Positions 60,012-64,000 of a DNA stretch of 64,000 bases are shown in pieces. The notes beneath the pieces were generated by a model. The model ran no database searches, was not told the DNA's origin, and was given only the letters and a program-made list of their open reading frames with translations. Source of the stretch: an uncultured Myxococcales bacterium (GTDB lineage: Bacteria; Myxococcota_A; Bradymonadia; UBA7976; UBA1532); contig CAINDO010000440.1 of assembly GCA_903847385.1 (NCBI GenBank), forward strand, positions 6,129 through 70,128. Direction: 5' to 3'. Positions within the stretch are counted from its first letter, which is position 1. The number at the start of each line of letters is the position of its first letter. Made by a program: the position numbers and the translations under genes.

Positions 60012-61423
60012 GCGCCCGCGACTTCGACGCCACTGCGGAGCAGACCCTGGCCTTCGAGGCCCTGGACACCGCCCTCGCCGCCGGGCGCGCCGCCGGGGCG
60101 GACGCGGTCGAGGCCGTGCACCGCGGTCAATCGTCTCAGCTCCTGCGCCTGGGCGACGGCCGCATCACGCAAGCGCAGTCCATCGTGGAGAGCCGCGTGA
60201 TCGTGCGCGCGCTTTGCCACGGGGCCGAGGCCTACGCCTCGACGACGGACCTGAGCGCCGAGGGCCTCGCCGCCTGCGCCCGGGTGGCCGCCGAGCGCGC
60301 CGCCGCCCTGCCCACGCCGCGGGAGCTCGCCGAGCTGCCCCCGCCCGCGGCCACGGCGCCGACCTCGGTGAACGCCTGGGACACCGCGACCGCGGCCCTG
60401 ACGACCGCCGAGAAGGCCGACTGGCTCGCCCCGGCCCTCGCCGCCCACGAGAAGGACTCGCTGGCCCTGGCCGGGCGCTTCCACACGGGCGTGCGCAGCC
60501 TGGGCGTGCGGTCGACCACCGGCGTGTCGGCCTGGCACGCGGGCACGTACTGCGACCTGGCGCTCTCCACCCTGGAGCGCCCCGCCGGCCACCACGCCAG
60601 CAGCTTCCGCGCCCGCTACGACCTGCGCGCGCACCCGGAGACCGTGTTCGCGATGGCCGAGGCCACCCGCGCCGAGTGCCACCAGGCCCACGACCCCATC
60701 GACATCGAGCCGGGCCGCTGGGACGTCGTGCTGGCGCCCACCGCGGTCGCCGATCTGCTCGACTGGTTCGGCATGATCGGCTTCGGCACCGAGGCCTTCG
60801 ACGACGGCCGCAGCTTCGTGCAGGGCCGCTTCGGCGAGGCCGTCACGGGGCCCGCCGTCACCCTGCTGGACGACGGCACCATGGCCCACGGCCTGGGCGT
60901 GCCGCTGCCCATCGACGCCGAGGGCCAGCCTCGCCAGCGTACGCTCCTCCTGGAGCGGGGCGTGGCGCGGGGCAGCGTTTGGGACCACAAGGGCGGCCGC
61001 CGACACGGCTGCGCGCCCACGGGGCACGCGCTCGGTGTGGATCTGTTCTCCACGGGCGGCGCCGGGCCGGCCCACCTGAGCTTCGAGCCGGGCACGGCCT
61101 CGCTCGAGTCCCTGCTCGGGCGGCTCGACCGCGGGCTCTACATCACGCGGTTCCACTACGTGAACGGCCTGATCGAGCCGAAACGCGCGGTGATGACCGG
61201 TCTGCTGCGGGACGCGGCGTTCCTCGTCGAGGGCGGCCGCATCCGCCGCGGCGTGCGCCCCATCCGCTTCACCGAGGCCATCCTCGAGGCCTTCGCGCGC
61301 ATCCCCGGCCTGGACGCCGTCGGCGCCGCCCTGGAGCCCCACGGCGGCATCAACTCCGAGGGCAAGTGCACCGTGTGCCCTGCGCTCTACATCCCGGGCT
61401 TCGCGTTCACCAGCGGGCGGTGA
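60008..61423 (+). CDS. pmbA: TldE/PmbA-like non-catalytic partner
   Basis: EPGRWDVVLAP.AV.DLL, D.EG, GLYITRFHY, TG..RD..F.VE.G, RFTE; no HExxxH; GTGA overlap with tldD. Confidence 0.8.
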   Translation: MSARDFDATAEQTLAFEALDTALAAGRAAGADAVEAVHRGQSSQLLRLGDGRITQAQSIVESRVIVRALCHGAEAYASTTDLSAEGLAACARVAAERAAALPTPRELAELPPPAATAPTSVNAWDTATAALTTAEKADWLAPALAAHEKDSLALAGRFHTGVRSLGVRSTTGVSAWHAGTYCDLALSTLERPAGHHASSFRARYDLRAHPETVFAMAEATRAECHQAHDPIDIEPGRWDVVLAPTAVADLLDWFGMIGFGTEAFDDGRSFVQGRFGEAVTGPAVTLLDDGTMAHGLGVPLPIDAEGQPRQRTLLLERGVARGSVWDHKGGRRHGCAPTGHALGVDLFSTGGAGPAHLSFEPGTASLESLLGRLDRGLYITRFHYVNGLIEPKRAVMTGLLRDAAFLVEGGRIRRGVRPIRFTEAILEAFARIPGLDAVGAALEPHGGINSEGKCTVCPALYIPGFAFTSGR

Positions 61424-61444
61424 GCCGCCGCGCCGGGGGCGTCC

Positions 61445-63553
61445 TCAGGGGCGCGCCCGGTAGGTGACCTGAATGTCGCCGGTGTCGCCGTGGTAGCCCT
61501 CGACCACGGCGAAGTACATGTGCCCCGCCGTGGCGTCGAACTGGATGGACGCGTAGATCGAGCCGCCGGCGTCGTCGACGCACGGCCGCCCCGCGCCGAC
61601 CTGAGCGCCGCAGTCGTCGTAGATGCTGAGCACGGTGTCGGCGCGGCTCCCCGTCGTCTCGATGCGCGCCGGGCCGTCGTGATCGGGCACGAAGGCGAAC
61701 ACGCGCTCGGCGCCGTGGGGGCCGTTGCAACCGTCCCCCGTGGGCACGGCGTCCGGCGTGGCGGCGTCCAGCGTGCCCATCGCAGGCACGCCGGGCTGGA
61801 GGGCCACCGCGTCCGCGCAGAGGCCGGCCGGGATGGGATCACAGGACGTGGCAAAACAGGCTTCCCCCGCGGGGCAGTCGGGCGCGCCGGGGCCGCAGGC
61901 GAGCACGGGCGCCGCCTCGAAGGCCAGGTTCAAGGTGAAGGGCCCGCTCTCGCCGGAGTAGCCCTCGACGACCACGTAGTAGTCCGCGCCGGCCACGACC
62001 TCGGCGGCCACGCGCGACCACTGGCCGCCGGCCCCGTTGTCGTCGTTGCAGGCGAGCTCGTTCGCGGCCGCCGCGCAGTCCGAGCGGAGCGAGAGCACCG
62101 TGTCGAAGCCCGAGCCCTCGGTGGTGAAGGTCGCCGTACCGGCCACCGCGGGCCGGTAGTGCACGATGGTCTCCGGGGCGCTGCCCGAGTCCACGCAGGC
62201 CACGGACGTCGCGTCCGCGCCGGTGTCCGTGTCGCCCGCGAGCACACCGCCCGCGGGCATCTCGAGCGGCTCGGCGCAGGTGCCCACCGCGTCCACGGGC
62301 GGGGGCGGCGGGGGCGGCGGGGGCGGCGGATCGACGGGCCCGCCGCCGCCTCCGCCCGGGACCGACTCGTCCACGAGCAGCGTGAAGGTCCCGCCCGTAC
62401 CCCACGTGTCGACGATGATCGCGTAGGTCTGGCCGGCGCGCGCCGTGAAGGTCAGCTCGGCGTCCGAGTTCAGGAAGTCGTTCTCGGTGTCGTCGTTGCA
62501 GGCCAGCTCGGTGCCCGGGTCCAGGCAGTCCGTGCGCACGTAAAGGACCGTATTCACGAACAAATCGCCCATGGCGTAGAGCGTGACCTCGGTGTCGGCG
62601 TCCCGGGTGAGCGTGAAGGCCGACTCGCCGCCGCCCGTGGGGAAGAACCCACAGCTCCCCTCGTCGCCGTTGCCGCCGGTCGCGCCGGGGTAGTCACCCG
62701 GGCCGGGGATGTCCTGGGCCGAGCCGCAAGCCGCGCCCGGCGGGGCCAGGGGCGCGTTGAAGTCCAACCCGCCGCCCCCGCCACCGCCGCCCCCGGGATC
62801 GAGGGGGTCGCCGCCGGTGCAGTGGCCGGTGTCGTCACAGGTCTGGCCCGGCGCACAGTCGGCGCTGCGCTGGCAGCACCGCTCGTTGGGGAAGTCTTCG
62901 TCGATGACACCGTCGCAGTCGTTGTCCAGGCCGTCGCAAATCTCGGGCACGCCGCCGGAGCCCGGCGGCAACTGGCACTCCACGCCGCTGCCGTCGGCCT
63001 TGCACACGAACACACCCTCGCCCTGGCAGTCGCCGCCGGCCTGGCAGGCGGTGCCCACGCTGGGGAAGTTCTCGTCGATCTCGCCGTCGCAGTCGTCGTC
63101 GCGGTCGTTGCAGGTCTCCGGCGGCGGGCTGCAGTCGCTCCACATGCCGTCCCGGCAGACCTGCAGGCCGCCGACGCAGCCCTCGGCCTGGCAGGCCTGC
63201 CGCTCGCCCTCGGTGCAGGCGCCCATGGCCGGGGGTTCCGTGGGCGGCGCCGCCGCATCCCCCATCCACGGAACCGCGGCGTCCGTGTCCGCCGCCGTGC
63301 CGCCCGTACCCGGCTGCGTGCCACCGCTGCCGGGCGTGCCGCCGATGGCCTCGGGGTCGATGGTGTACCCGCCCTGATCGCGGTCCGCCGGGGGCGCGCC
63401 GAAGCCGTAGTCCGCCTCCACCAGGGCCTTGGCGGCGTCCTCGCCACACGCCGGCAGGAGCGAGACGCCGCCGAGCAGCGCCCACGTCAGCAGGGCGTTC
63501 GAGGGGGACGGGCGGCGAAGACGGACGGAGCGGCCGGAGCGGCGATCAATCAT
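61445..63553 (-). CDS. Cys-rich lipoprotein with C(D/N)xxDxDCDG repeats and three PPC-like beta domains
   Basis: GGGAG RBS; lipobox LPAC; ETCNDRDDDCDG; DTVL..R.DC....ELACNDD, Y.VVVEGY repeats. Confidence 0.83.
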   Translation of the reverse strand: MIDRRSGRSVRLRRPSPSNALLTWALLGGVSLLPACGEDAAKALVEADYGFGAPPADRDQGGYTIDPEAIGGTPGSGGTQPGTGGTAADTDAAVPWMGDAAAPPTEPPAMGACTEGERQACQAEGCVGGLQVCRDGMWSDCSPPPETCNDRDDDCDGEIDENFPSVGTACQAGGDCQGEGVFVCKADGSGVECQLPPGSGGVPEICDGLDNDCDGVIDEDFPNERCCQRSADCAPGQTCDDTGHCTGGDPLDPGGGGGGGGGLDFNAPLAPPGAACGSAQDIPGPGDYPGATGGNGDEGSCGFFPTGGGESAFTLTRDADTEVTLYAMGDLFVNTVLYVRTDCLDPGTELACNDDTENDFLNSDAELTFTARAGQTYAIIVDTWGTGGTFTLLVDESVPGGGGGGPVDPPPPPPPPPPPVDAVGTCAEPLEMPAGGVLAGDTDTGADATSVACVDSGSAPETIVHYRPAVAGTATFTTEGSGFDTVLSLRSDCAAAANELACNDDNGAGGQWSRVAAEVVAGADYYVVVEGYSGESGPFTLNLAFEAAPVLACGPGAPDCPAGEACFATSCDPIPAGLCADAVALQPGVPAMGTLDAATPDAVPTGDGCNGPHGAERVFAFVPDHDGPARIETTGSRADTVLSIYDDCGAQVGAGRPCVDDAGGSIYASIQFDATAGHMYFAVVEGYHGDTGDIQVTYRARP

Positions 63554-63751
63554 GGACGACTCCCGGGGGGGACGGAGGAATCGGCGCCAAGGTAATGAGG
63601 GTGCCCGAGAGGGTCAAATCGCCACGCGTGACACGGGGCCGACGTCGAAGATTCGCAGCGAACGAGGATCTTCGACACTATCGGGGTTCAGCATCGGTTT
63701 CTGTCGCCTCATCGGCGGGCCAGCACGGCCCTGCACGCCCCGGGAGTGTCC

Positions 63752-64000
63752 ATGCGTTCATCTCGAGCCGCCCGCGCGCTTCGCGCCGTGATGTGTGTCG
63801 CGTTCGTCTCGGCCTGTGGCCAGGGGGCCGACCCGGCATCCTCGTCCGGTGGGGACGCGGCCGTGAGCTCGGGCGGGTCGGGCGGGTCGGGCGGGTCGGG
63901 CGGGTCGGGTGGCTCCGGGGGCCAGGTTTTGCCCGGCGGCACGCCCGCGCCCGGCGGCTCCGGCGGCGAACCCGCGCCCGGCGGCTCCGGCGGCACGCCC
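63752..64000 (+). CDS. Lipoprotein with GGS/PAPGG low-complexity linker, 3'-truncated by window edge
   Basis: GGGAG RBS, ATG 63752, MRSSRAARALRAVMCVAFVSAC lipobox; frame open to the end of the window. Confidence 0.7.
   Translation, partial: MRSSRAARALRAVMCVAFVSACGQGADPASSSGGDAAVSSGGSGGSGGSGGSGGSGGQVLPGGTPAPGGSGGEPAPGGSGGTP

Noticed and set aside
63868-64000. tcgggcggg tandem repeat as a non-coding VNTR
   Set aside because: It encodes the GGS linker of the truncated terminal lipoprotein.

Overview
Very GC-rich bacterial DNA. The abundance of Cys-rich lipoproteins, MYXO-CTERM-like tails and DUF2330/vWA surface proteins points to Myxococcota (inference). About 48 CDSs are supported; I saw no rRNA, tRNA, CRISPR array or transposase. 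The stand-out element is a co-directional ~8.4 kb operon-like cluster (26940-35306): frameshifted GNAT, an AdoMet decarboxylase fused to a PLOD/lysyl-hydroxylase-like 2OG-Fe(II) oxygenase, a BpsA-type branched-chain polyamine synthase, a TLC/NTT-like membrane transporter, a second PLOD-like oxygenase, a tandem double aminopropyltransferase, a canonical SpeE and a second GNAT. I do not recognise this as a described pathway; it plausibly makes or attaches hydroxylated, branched/long-chain, acylated polyamines. Other highlights are a three-gene putative defence island (HTH-nuclease-like 1337 aa protein divergent from an AbiE-like pair, with an inverted repeat over both start codons), a highly structured ~300 nt non-coding element upstream of tetR, a DeoC with an encapsulation-peptide-like and Cys-rich N-terminal extension, and an in-frame TAG in a PPC-repeat lipoprotein. 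All family calls come from motif recognition by eye; no database search was run.
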